Shown here piece after piece: positions 31,232-44,100 of a DNA stretch of 64,000 nt; the first letter of the stretch is position 1, and the number at the start of each line of letters is the position of its first letter. Below the pieces are notes generated by a model, which worked only from the letters and a program-made list of their open reading frames with translations, made no database searches and had not been told where the DNA came from. The translations under genes were made by a program, and so were the position numbers. This stretch comes from the human T2T-CHM13v2.0 reference genome, Homo sapiens, in assembly GCF_009914755.1 (NCBI RefSeq), contig NC_060928.1. One strand, given 5' to 3'.

Positions 31232-32290
31232 TATCGGGGGAACCTGCCCCCAATATTTCAACGTAGGTTCTTTCTATTTTCCATAAGTGTTTGCCAGCTG
31301 AGAAATAAAGAGAAAGAGTACAAAGAGAGGAATTTTACAGCTGGGCTGCCAGGGGTGACATCACATATCGGTAGGAACGTGATGCCCACCTGATCCGCAA
31401 AACCAGCAAGTTTTATTAAGGACTTCAAAAGGGGAGGGGGTGCAAGAACAGGGAGTAGGTCACAAGATCACATGCTTCAAAGGGCAAAAAGGAGGACAAA
31501 GATCACATGCTTCTGAGGAAACAGGACGGGGCAAAAATCAGAAACTCCTGATAAGGGTCCAACAAAGATCACAAGGCAAAAGGCAAAAGCAGAATTACTG
31601 ATTAGGGTCTATGTTCAGCGGTGCACGTATTGTCTTGATAAACATCTTAAGAAACAGAAAACAGGGTTCGAGAGCAGAGAACCGGTCTGACCTCAAATTT
31701 ACCAGGGCCGGGTTTTCCCCACACTAGTAAGCCTGAGGGTACGGCAGGAGACCAGGGTGTATTTCAGTCCTTATCTCAACTGCATCAGACAAACACTCCC
31801 AGAGCGGCCGTTTCTAGACCTCCCTGCAGGAATGCATTCCTTTCCCAGAGTATTAACCCTTGCTAGGAAAAGAATTTAGTGATATCTTCCCAACTTGCAC
31901 ATCCATTTATAGGCTCTGTGTAAGAAGAAAAATATGGCTCTATTTTGCCAGACCCCACAGGCAGTCAGACCTTATGGTTGTCTTCCCTTGTTCCCTGGAA
32001 ATCGCTGTTATTCTGTTCTTTTTCAAGGTGCACTGATTTCACATTGTTCAAACACATATGTTTTACAATCAATTTGTACCTTTAACACAATTATCATAGT
32101 GGCCCTGAGGTGACATACATCCTCAGCTTACGAAGATAACAGGATTAAGAGATTAAAGTAAGACAGGCATAAGAAATTATGAAAGTATCATTTGGGAACT
32201 GGTAAATGTCCATGAAATCTTCACAATTTATGTTCCTCTGCCACAGCTCCAGCCGGTCCCTCCGTTCGCGGTCCCTGACTTTCTGCAACA
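31232..32290 (-). mobile_element. MER11 solo LTR (HERV-K11/HML-8)
   Basis: Reverse strand begins tgttgcagaaagtcagggacc and ends caggttcccccgata, about 1.06 kb. Flanks tctaga / ctaaga look like a degenerate TSD. Confidence 0.93.
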
Positions 32291-33217
32291 CTAAGAATAT
32301 GTCTTTATTTATCCATTTAGATAAATAGGTAGGTAGATATATAAAAAGTATAAGTTGGTAATTAATTATTTTGTGAATCATTAAAAGTAAAGATATGATT
32401 TGATTTTTGATTTGGATAAACATTTAAATTTTCTGTCATTTAATCACTCAAATTCCTAAGTTTACATACTACATTGTTTTTCATTATATTTTATATCACT
32501 GATTAATTCTGACTGCACCTATACATGTTAATTTTAATATAACTAAACATTGCTTTTGCTTTCAGAACTATCCACAGAATGTTTGATTAGAAATTTATTG
32601 ATAAATATCTGAAAATTCTAAAACTATTATAGAAAAAAAATTCCAAAAAGGAAACAAAAAGCAAACTTCTAGGTAACACACACTCCTCAAAATATTTATT
32701 TTCAAGGCAAGCTAAAAAACACGACAAGCTATTTATACAAAGAATCATTTTAAGTCATTATGTTTACATGGTTTCTCCTTAGAAATCATTTCAATTTACT
32801 GCAATTTGTGGCATCCTCCAGGTGTCTTGGATAAACATAACTTAAAAGTTTTGTTTTTTCCCCCCCAAAAAAGAAGAAATGTCATGAAAAATAGTGCGGT
32901 AGGATCATTTGGAAATGATCTAGTTCCACTTACTCATTTTATCAGAATTAGCAAATTATCATTTTAAGCCAGAGACTGTAGAGAAAAATCTGCATCTTCT
33001 TAATCATCTCATTTACTTTCACAAAAAACCACAAATGTTCAATTGCGTCTCACAACTTAATTTCTCAATTCAACAATCCATCAAATACTGAATGAGCATG
33101 TACTATAAGATGTATACTTTAGAAGGTATAATAGAGAGTATTTGTGGAGATAAAGACAAGAAAGTCATTGCCTCTTTTCTCCATACACCACAAAATGTGA
33201 TGTGAGTTTTCTTCTTA

Positions 33218-33520
33218 TTTATATTAATTAACTTATTTTATTTTTTTGAAATGGAGTCTCTCTCTGTTGCTCAAACTGGAGAGCACTGGCACAATTGCAG
33301 CTCACCGCAACCAGGTTCAAGTGATTCTCCTGCCACAGCCTCCCGAGTAGCTGCGATTACAGGTGCATGCTACCACACCCGACTAATTTTTGTATTTTTA
33401 GTAGAGTCGGGGTTTTGCCGTTTTGGCCAGGCTAGTCTCAAACTCCTGACCTCCAGTGATCCGCCCACCTCAGCCTCTCAAAAGTGCTGAGATTACAGGC
33501 GTGAGCCACTGTGCCAGGCC
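33218..33520 (-). mobile_element. AluS with a small deletion
   Basis: TSD agttttcttctta at 33205-33217 and 33522-33534. Confidence 0.92.
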
Positions 33521-34525
33521 AAGTTTTCTTCTTAAACATACAGAGATAATATTCAAGTCTTTTATTCTAAGTATTAGTAACTAACAATATTACTCATTAG
33601 CATTGAAAAGCTATTTGTATACTTTATTGTTTATATAAGATGGAGAACTGCCATCTTCCAACTTATTTCTGTGAAGAAACAGACTACACTTCTGAAGAAG
33701 CAGACTATATTTCTGTTAAGTATTTACAAATATGCAAAAAAGTATATTGTTAGCAAAAATATGTGTTTAGAACCTCTGTATGCCTCAAAACTTTCTGTGG
33801 TGGGTTGAATTACTTTAAAAATCCTCAAAACATCTCTTTATTTACCTAATGTATAGATTCAACCTGTACTTAGTTAAGGAATAATTTCTTAGAAAAGTGA
33901 GAATTATTTAATTCTTTCTTCAGAGTTCTGAGTAAACTTTTCTTAATTATTCTGAACCTACTCCATTTCTATTTTATAATTGAGTTCAATTCATATGCAT
34001 ATTTGCATTCTAGCAGCTTGCTTTTATTGTTTTAAAAATATTAATTCTTCAGTAGATTTCTTTAAAATATATTCTACACCCACAATTAATGTCTTAATGA
34101 CTAGTGTTCCATATCTAGGTTTTATCTAAAAGAAGAACGGGAATATTTAGTTGTAGGAGTAAATACCACATCTTCCCCCCATAGGAAAACTACAGGTTTA
34201 CTTACAATCAATTTATAATATGTTGTCAAAATCTTCTTTATACAGAGTTCTGCAAACAAGATTTATCACGGCTGGATGGAATTAATTTACTGATTTCTGT
34301 GGCATGAGGTTGATCCTTTTGATAGGTAATCAAAATTCAGCTTTCAGTGAGATTTAAAAGAAGTTGCTTTAATGGATGCAAGTAAGATAAAATTCAAGCT
34401 TTTTCAATATTTCTGTATACCATATAAGAAATATATATTCTGTAACAATAGTCTGTAAATGGAATAGTCATGTAACTAGTCATACATACTACGGTCCATT
34501 TGAGAGTAAAAGGAATAATCATAAA

Positions 34526-34700
34526 TTTTTTTTTTTTTTGAGATGATATATCGCTCTGTTGCCCAAGCTGTAGTGCAGTGGTGCAATCTCAGCTCACTGC
34601 AACCTCCACCTCGCAAGTTCAAGTGATTCTCCTGCCTCAGCCTTCTGAGTAGCTGGGATTACAGGCCCGAGCCATCATGCCCAGCTGATTTTTGTATTCT
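34526..34700 (-). mobile_element. Alu right arm (5'-truncated AluS)
   Basis: Poly-T plus right monomer ending in the linker, with taaattt on both flanks. Confidence 0.9.
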
Positions 34701-34782
34701 TAAATTTGATTTTAAAGGACACATAGATGTGTACTTTACTGGGAAAACAAGAGTTAGGTCCATCTTATCTATAAACAATTTG

Positions 34783-34950
34783 AGGCCTGAGCATAGTGGC
34801 TCATGCCTGTAATCCCAATGCTGAGGCCAAGATGGGAGGGTAGCTTGAAACCAGGAGCTTGAGGTTACAATGACTATGATCACACAACTGCACTCCAGCC
34901 TGTGCAACACAGCAAGACCTTGTCTCAAAAAATATTATTAATAATATTAA
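34783..34950 (+). mobile_element. Alu monomer (FRAM/FAM-like)
   Basis: Single monomer with J-type ctatgatcacac and flanking repeat aatttga(gg). Confidence 0.85.
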
Positions 34951-37900
34951 TAATAATTTGAGGAGAGGTACTATTTTCTTAACCATGATATCTTCAACAC
35001 ATAGCCTGACACGTTATAAGCACCTAATAAATACAGGTTTAAAAAAAGAATGCATTAATTGTTTTAAAAGTAATTATTATGCCCTTTTTATAATTATTGA
35101 TTTATTACAAACTTTACCTATTAAATTTATAATTCAAGTGCTATTAAGTCTAACATTTTAGAGAATAATTGTTTTCCCAATTATTCTAGGTCAAGTTATA
35201 CTCTGTGAAATATTCTTTATGCATTGTATTAGAATGCACTTATCCTTTAGTGAAAGTAATTTTATATATCAAACAATATACATGCACATCAACATCATTT
35301 ATCTAGATGCAAATGTTAACTCCATGACAGAAGCATAACAGTGGTAAATTTGGTAAATTAAATTTACGAGTCTGCGTCAGGGATAAGGGAATGTGTAAAG
35401 ATGTTTGCTTCTACTTCATTGCTATGGGTGATATCAAGGAATCTGATATTTTGAGATAAAGTACAGTGACATACAAGTAATACAATTTAAATGTAATATA
35501 TGGTCTTGCTAACCTGGATTTCAAGTAAGTTCTATGTTTTTAAAATTCTAATAAATTGATGTTCAACAGGAAAACTTTGACAATGCTTCTTTGATAAAAA
35601 ATAAAATGTAATTATAGCATCTATTTCATAATTAGGTAACTTACGTTTATGAAATTATAATAGCCCATCCTTATAAGAAAAGCAAAATTCCATTTTTAAG
35701 TTAAAAAAATAAAGATGAGTAGAATTATTTTATATAGCATGCAAACAGGACACTGGTAATAAGCTTAATTAAAGAAGAAATCTATCGTGTGATCTTGTTA
35801 CAACGTTAGCTAAAATGGAATCCAAATTTACTTCTAGAACACCATGGTAAATTAAGCAGGTGATGTAGAACTCAGGTGAGTTCAATAGTATGGCATAATT
35901 AAGGTTAAATTCTTGTTTTTTTCCAGATATTCATCTGTTCAATTTTAGCTAATAATAATTATTTCTTATTTCATTGGATTTCCCCAATGGAAAAATTAGG
36001 AATATAAATAAATAAGAATTTCTAAAACTGAATTTATAGCAAGCATTGGAATGTATAATAGTTTTTAAAAATATGTTGTGTTTTGGAATTGAGTCTAGGA
36101 TCATCTTAGAGATTGATAATTCACATTGCCACTATGAAAAACATTACTGTAATAAAAGAGCGTGCATAATTTGTGTTTAACAAAGCATGAGCCAGATTTT
36201 ACCACAACTCTTACCTGTTATTTTGATTTCTAAGAATTGCTATCGAGGAACTCTGGACAAGACAATATTTAAATCATCTTATTTAAGTATTACTAAGTAT
36301 GTCATATGCATTGTATAAATGATGTAATTTACATGTATTTCCAGAGTAATGAAAATAATAGCTTTGCATAAATAAAAATATCCTCATATTTTATAATAAC
36401 TCATTACATTTTTATTTCAAAGCTCCCAATTTTCCAAACTGAGTTGACAGTAAAAGACATAATGTCAAAATTTAAATATGCCAGTTAACAGTTATTGCTA
36501 TCTCAGAACTTCCCAATAAATTAAATTTAAAATAACTATTAAAACCTCACTCATTTACCATCTTTTACCCCTATCTTCATCTAAATGATTTACCAATTAA
36601 TGAGATTTTAATAGTAATTTTACAGAGATGGAGAATTAACCATTATTCTCTATTTCTGTCTGTTAAAACCCCCTCTCATGACTTGGGCAGCACTCTCAGG
36701 CCACAGCAATCTGCTTGCTGACTTTTTCTCTACTTCTCGTGACCATGTTGCTGGCCAGCTCAGAATGAAATATGGGATAGAATTGGGTAAAATGTCTTTC
36801 AGTATGGCTGTTCATGTCTTAGTTGAAACAGAAGTTTTCATACCTAACCCATATTTTTCTCTTTCTGCAGAATTCTATGGTCAATCTAGCTTGAAGTCAA
36901 GAGGCTTTACATCGGCAAGACATGACAAATCCAATTGTAACAGACCTTATCTTCTGCAATTCTGTATGTATATGAGAACTCCAGGAGTTTTTATCACATC
37001 TTTCTGATGTCCAATTGGCCACATATGTCCACTTTCATCTCATACAAGTGAAGCTGCACCCCATTCTTCAATAGCTTTGGGAACCCGTACATACCTGCAA
37101 AACTTTGGGGATATAATCAGTGGCCTACTGGAGATAGTGATATGTTTTTTCCTATCATTCAGGAGTTGTGAGGAGCTTGAGACTGTCTTTATTCTTTCCT
37201 GAATAATTCTTGCCCCATCATGCTATCTCTTGCTGAGGTCCCTATTCCATATTCTATGCAATAATGACAATTCTAACAATGGATATACAGGCATGAAAAT
37301 AAATATTTATGACATATTATGCAGGACATACCATACCACATAATCAAGATTAATATAACACAAAGAAAGTAATATAGAGGATATGCAAGATTTAAAAGCA
37401 TATTGGAGGCTGAACAAAATGTTCTGCTTAATAAGGTAATCACAAGTATCCTTGTTTTATTGAGCTTCTTTATATTGAACTTTGCAAATATTGCATATTT
37501 TATAAAGTGAAAGGTTTATGGCAACCCTGAGCGGAGCAAGTCTATCAGTGCCAATTTTTCTAACAGCATATGATCACTTCGTATTTCTGTGTCACATTTT
37601 AGTCAACTCTCACAATATTTCAAACTTTTTCATTATTATTGTATCTGTTATGGTGATTAGTCATGATCTTTGATGTTACTATTGTAACTTTTTGGGGGCA
37701 TCATAAATTGTGTTCATACAAAAGGGGAATTTAGCTGATAAATATTGTGTGTGTTCTGATGCTCCATCAAAGAGTTGTTCCCATCTTTCTCCCTCTCCTT
37801 AAACCTCCCTGTTCTCTGAGACACAGCAATATTGAAATTAGACCAATAAATAACCCTACAATGGCCTCTAAGTGTTCAAGTAAAAGGAACAGTTACACAT

Positions 37901-38055
37901 CTCTCACTTTAAATCAGAAGCTAGAAATAATTAAGCTTAGTGAGAAAGTCAAGTCAAAAGCTGAGATAGGCTGAAAGCTAGGTCTCTTGTGCCAAACAGC
38001 CAAGTTTTGATAGTAAAGAATAAGTTCTTGAAGGAAATTAAAAGTGCTAATCCAG

Positions 38056-40334
38056 TGGTACAGTTTGGCTATGGCTCCACCCAAATATCATCTTGAATTC
38101 CCACGTTGTGGGAAGAACATGGTGAAAGGTAATAGAATCATGGAGGCAGGTCTTTACCATGCTGTTCTCTTGATAGTGAATAAGTCTCATGAGATCTGAT
38201 GGTTTTAAAAAGGGGAGTTTTCCTGCAAAAGCCTTCTTCTCTTGTCTGACACTATGTGAGACGTGCCTCTAACCTTTCACCATGACTGTGAGGCTTCCCT
38301 ACCCACATGGAACTGTAAGTCCAATAAACATTTTCCTTTGTAAATTGCCAATTGTCTTTTGTAAATTGGTATGTCTTTATTGGCAATGTGAAAATGGGCT
38401 AATACAGTAAATTTGTACAAGTAGAATGGGTCATTGCTGAAAAGATACCCCAAAATTTTGAAGCGACTTGGGCACTGGGTAACAGGCAGAGATTGAAACA
38501 GTTTGGAGGTCTCAGAAGAAGACAGGAAAATGTGGGAAAGTTTGGAACTCCCTAGAGACTTGTTGAATGTCTTTGACCAAAATGCTGATAATGATATAAA
38601 CAATGAAATCCAGGCTGAGGTGGTCTCAGATGGAGATGAGGATTTTGTTAGGAACTGGAGCAAAGGTGAGACTTGTTATGTTTTAGCAAAGAGACTGGCA
38701 GCATTTTGCCCCGACTCTAGAGATTTGTGGAACTTCGAACTTGAGAGAGATGATTTAGGGTATTTGGTGGAAGACATTTCTAGGCAGCAAAGCATTCAAG
38801 AAGTGACTTGGGTGCTGTTAAAGGCATTCAGTTTTAAAAGAGAAACAGAGCATAAAAGTTTGGGAGATTTGCAGCCTGACAATGCAATAGCAAAGAAAAC
38901 CCCATTTTCTGAGGAGAAATTCCAGCTGGTTTTAGAAATTTGCATAAGTAATGAAGAGTCAAATGTTAATCCCCAAGACAATAGAAAAAATGTCTCCAGG
39001 GCATATCAGAGGTCTTCAAGGCAGCCCGTCTCATCACAGGCCCAGAGGTTTAGGAGGAAAAATTGGTTCTGTGAGCTGGGCCCAGGGACCCTCGGCTATG
39101 TGCAGTTTAGGGACCTGGTGCCCTGCATCCTAGTTGCTCCAGCTGTGACAAAAAGTGGCGACGGTATGACTCAGGCTGTTACTTCAGAGGGTGGAAGCCC
39201 AGGCCTTGGCAGTTTCCATGTGGTGCTGTGCCTGTGGGTACACAAAAGTCAAGAATTGAGGTATGGGAACCTCTGTCTAGATTTCAAAGAATGTATGGAA
39301 ATGCCTGGATGCCCAGGCAGAAGTTTGCTACAGGGGCAGTAACCTCATGGAAAACCTCTGCTAGGGCAGTGTGGAAGGGTAATGTGGGTTGGAAGCCCCC
39401 ACACAAAGTCCCTACAATGGCACCACCTAGTGGAGCTGAGAGAAGAGGGCCACCATCTTCCAGACCCCAGAATGGTAGATCCACCAACGCCTGAACCTCA
39501 TGCCAGGAAAAGCCACAGACAGTCAACATAAGCCCGGGAAAGCAGCCAGCGATGGTGGTGTTGGGGGTGGGAGGGCTATAACCTGCAAAGCCACAGGAGT
39601 GGAGATGCTCAAGGACATGGAGCCCACCTCTTGCATCAGTGTGACCTGGATGTGAAACCTGGAGTCAAAGGAGATCATTTTGGAGCCTAAAGATTTGACT
39701 GGCTTACTGGATTTCAGACTTGCATGGAGTCTGTAGCCCCTTTGTTTTAGCCAGTTTCTCCCATTTGGAACAGTTGTATTTACCCAGTGCCTGTACCACC
39801 ATTATATCTAGGAAGTAACTAACTTGCTTTTGATTTTACAGGCTCATAGGCAAAAAGGACTTGCTTTGTCTCAGATGATATTTTGAACTGGACTTTTGAG
39901 TTAATGCTGAAATGAGTTAAGACTCTGGGGAACTGTTGGGAAGGCTGATTGGTTTTGACATGTGAGGACATGAGATTTGGGAGGGGCCAGGAGCAGAATG
40001 ATATAGTTTGACTGTGTCCCTACCCAAATCTTCTCTTGAATTCCCATGTGTTGTGGGAGGGACACAGTGGGAGGCAATTGAATCACGAGGTCAGGTCTTT
40101 CCCATACTGTTCTCATGACAGTGAACAAGTCTCACAATATCTGATGATTTTTAAAAGGGGAGTTTCCCTGTACGGGCCTTCTCATCTGCTGCCATGTTAG
40201 ATGTGCTTTTCAACTTCCACCATGATTTTGCAACCTCCCCAGCCACATGGAACTGTATGTCTAATAAACATGTTTCTTTTGTAAATTGCCCACTCTTGGG
40301 TATGTCTTTCACAGTGTGAAAACGGACAACTACA
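38056..40334 (+). mobile_element. Complete THE1A MaLR provirus (5'LTR 38056-38406, internal 38407-39998, 3'LTR 39999-40334)
   Basis: Two direct THE1A-like LTRs with TG...CA termini, purine tract ggaggggccaggagcagaa before the 3'LTR, and 5 bp TSD tccag/cccag. Confidence 0.95.
38503..39342 (+). pseudogene. THE1 internal ORF remnant (279 open codons, first ATG at 38530)
   Basis: MWESLELPRDLLN...VVSDGDE...NWSKG...RDLWNFELERDDLGYL matches the MaLR internal ORF. The frame probably departs from the consensus near the C-terminus. Confidence 0.85.
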
Positions 40335-40876
40335 CCCAGTAAACACATGAATGATATGAAAGCAAAACAGCCTTATTGCCAATATGGAGACAGTTAAAGG
40401 GGTCTGGAATAGAAGATCAAACAAGCAACAACATTCCATTTAAGCCAAAGCTATTCCAGATCTAGACCCCAACTTACCTTAATTATATAAAGCCGAGAGA
40501 GGTAAGGCAGCTGCAGAAGAAAAGTTGGAAGTTAGCAGAGTTTGGATCATGAAGTTTAAGGCAAGAAGCTGTCTGTATAACACAAAAGCACAAGATGAAG
40601 CAGCAAGTGCTAATGTAGAGGCTACAGCAAGTTACCCAGAAGATCTATCTAAAATAATTAATAAAGATGGCCATACTAAACAACAGAATGTCACTGTAGA
40701 TAAAATAGCTTTCTATTGGAAGAACATGCTGTCTAGTACTTTTACAGCCAGAGAGGAGAAATCAAAGCCTGGCTTCAGAACTTCATAGGACAGGCTGCCT
40801 TCTTAGGAGCTAACACAGCTGGTGACTTTTAGTTGAAGCCAGTGCTTATGTACTATTCTTAAAGTCCTAGGGCCCT

Positions 40877-41116
40877 AGTTCAAGATAAGCCTGGCCAACA
40901 TGATGAAACTCCATCCCAACAAAAAATGAAAAAAAAAAAAATAGCTGGGCATGGTAGCACACACCTGTAGTCCCAGTTACTCAGGAGGCTGAGGCACAAG
41001 AATCACTTGAACCCAGTGGAGGTTGCAGTGAGGCGAGTTCGTGCCACTGCACTCCAGCCTGGGTGATGGTGAGACTCTGTCTCAATAAAAAAAATAAAAA
41101 ATAATAAGAAAATAAA
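40877..41116 (+). mobile_element. 5'-truncated AluS in Tigger1
   Basis: Imperfect TSD aaagtcctagggccct / aaaatcctaggtccct. Confidence 0.9.
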
Positions 41117-44100
41117 AAAATCCTAGGTCCCTTACAAATTATCCTGAATTTACTCTGTATATACTCTGTAAATGAAACAGCAAAGCCTGGATGACAGTAC
41201 ATTTGTTTACACCATGGTTTACTGAATATTTCAAGCCAATTGTTGAGACCTACTGCTTAGAAAAAATATTTTTCAAAATATTAGTCATTGAAAATGCATC
41301 TACTCACCCTATATCTCTAATAGAGATGTACCAAGATATTAATTGTTGTTTTCCTGCCTGCTAATACAATATTCATTCTGCAGCCCATGGGTCAAGATGT
41401 AATTTTCACTTTCAAATCTTATTATTTAAGAAATACATTTTGTAAGGTTATAGCTACCATAGATGATGGCTCCTCTGATGGATCTGTGCAAAGCAATTAA
41501 ACTTACTTCTATACTTTAAAAGCATCCATTCAGTCAATTATACTATGTACTGGATTCTTTTTTAGGAGAGGATGGTCCAAGAATGTGTAAGACAATACTT
41601 TATAGCTGTCATATATTTCCTTTGATTTTACTCCCACTTCTCTGCTTGTACCTTCTCTATTTTGTAGGATCCTTGTTTTCTTTCTCTTGCCTTTTCCTTA
41701 CCTGTAGATGTTCCATAGGGCTCAATTCCTATTTGACTTTTATCTTCATTGTCAATGTTCAATTTGCTTCAGGCTCATGGTTTTTACCCACATCTTTATA
41801 AAAATAATTTCAATCTCTAAGACTCACAAACCACATTTTCATATTTTTAACAATCTCTGGATATTTCCTTCTAGTTGTTCAACATAAAATTTAAATGAAA
41901 AATATTTTCAAAGTATTATATTTTTATATCATATTATATCATAATTTTCTCCAACAATTGCATCATAAGTCTAGGAAGCATGTGAATAGTCTCTTCTTTT
42001 CCCCAAGGATATACTTTAATTATGTATGAGTTACTCTTTTGCTAAAATTCCTTCAGGGATTCTTACTCACAGGAGTATATTATTATACTGAGTAGAATGA
42101 CATACAAACATCTTATACTTAAGTCACATAATCATATAATTTGTCTCTCAGTTAAACAAACTTTGGCCATAAAAAGTGAAAATCACAGTACATGTCCTTT
42201 GGTTGAGACTTCTGTTTTAATTTCTGTTTCATCCTCTTACCTGAACTTTCCTGTCTTTGTAAGAGCTGGACTCCAACTCCAGAAACTTAGTTCCAAAGTT
42301 AGGTACTTATGCTTTTGGACACAATATTTCAAGATAGTCGTACTTATTTTTTTTTCCTGCTTCTAAGTACTTTCCAGACATTTTCAACCACTGCGCAGCT
42401 GACAGCTGAGACCATACTTTCACCCCAGAAAATCTTAAGGCTAACCTTTGCCTGAAATAAAATTGGGCTTGCTTATCTTCAAGGTTACTGATTCTGATCA
42501 TGCCCTTTCTGCCTGGGTGGTCAGGTGCCTCATCTGACTTGCTTTTCTTCCTTTATTCCACGAAAATTGTTCTGCTTTTATCGTATTTTCTACTTCTCAG
42601 CTTCTACACCATTTGCTGAGTTCCTAATATTATCTACGTTATAGTCAACTTACCATAATTTTAAGCAAATATCATGTTTGAAATTCAGTGTATTTTTAAA
42701 AATATATCAATATATTTTATCTTCTATAATTATAATTGAGTATAATTGTATAATTAAGATTTATTTAATAAATGTTGTATTTTACCTATATAAAAATGCA
42801 TGTATATATATATATTTTATTTATAAATATACACTATATTAATATTATGATATATGATAAGATGTATGATAAGAATCACATGAAAATGTTTAATTAATTA
42901 ATTTGTTTTTCTTACTCACTATAAGTATTCAGAGCTCTGATAGTGGATCTTTTTATTTGAAAAGTACCTTTTTAAGTGGTTAGGAGAAAAAGGACAAAAT
43001 AAACTCAATCACTCCAAAGATAAAATATAAACAGTTTTGGGGGAAAAGCCACTTTTTAGTTAGCATTTTTTTTGTGAATTGCGCTTGTTAATGCATTTGG
43101 TTGTTTATAATTTTTTTATATATAAGCTATCCTTTTTCCATTTTTACATCTTGATAATTCTGCATGCCACTATTCTTGGTAAACAGTTTACAGCAGTGTC
43201 TTATTGGCTGGAGATTATAATTCAACATATATTTTAAGTACTTAGACTTTCTGTGTTTGTAGTTATTCTCATTCACTTATTGAACACAATGTCTTACAGA
43301 CATGCTTTGGGCATTTTATTTGTATTTATTCCCCATAAATCTTCAGGTTAGCAAGCTCATGAACTAATAACTATCTGTTTATTGCCTGCAGACTGGCTGA
43401 CTTCCAGTACCTCAGTTTTAGCAATTCTGTTTAGTCTTTTCATGTTATTTGTTTAATAGTATAATTTCCTTAAGGCCTGCTGAACACTGTTGTTTATAAT
43501 GTTTCTTTTAATTGAACAATCACATGGGTACAAGAAGATACATTCTCAAAGGTCAGAAACAAAAGTATGAGAATAAGTAAACTGAAAATACAAAAGTGTT
43601 GTTTAAACAAAGTTGTATTTCTGAGAAAATAGAAATACATTTGGTATTAGCTAAATAAAGTGTATACATATATAACTTTCTTCTGTTATAAAATGCTTTC
43701 TGGATACCCTGACATATACTTAAATTCTCTTCATATGAAATTATATTTTATTTTTGCTCTTATTTCTGTTTCTGGTCTCTTATCCAGTTTTACAGGCTGA
43801 ACATCATAAATTTCTGTAATTTTTTCTGTAATTTTTATGCACTAAAATCCATTTATATTGAAATAAAAACAGTTGAGACAAGTGTGAAATATTTTATTGG
43901 GGATAATTTTATTCAACACATGAGAAATTTCCTTCTTCAGAGTCTATTAAATTTCTTTTTTACTCTAACATATTTTTGCAGTTTGATAGTAACAGCAATA
44001 AATGGCTAACTATTGAGCATAATAATTCAACTATCATATTTTTTAAAATTTAAGGATGTATCTTCTTATGGTTGTTCTCTATTTGTTCTCTATTTTATAT

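Larger units (their letters stand above)
37443..41503 (+). mobile_element. Tigger1 DNA transposon (3'-truncated), interrupted by THE1A and an Alu
   Basis: Tigger1 5' end. Transposase starts at ATG 37861 (MASKCSSKRNSYTSLTLNQKLEIIKLSE) and resumes at about 40335 (EAASANVEATASYPEDL). Confidence 0.93.
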
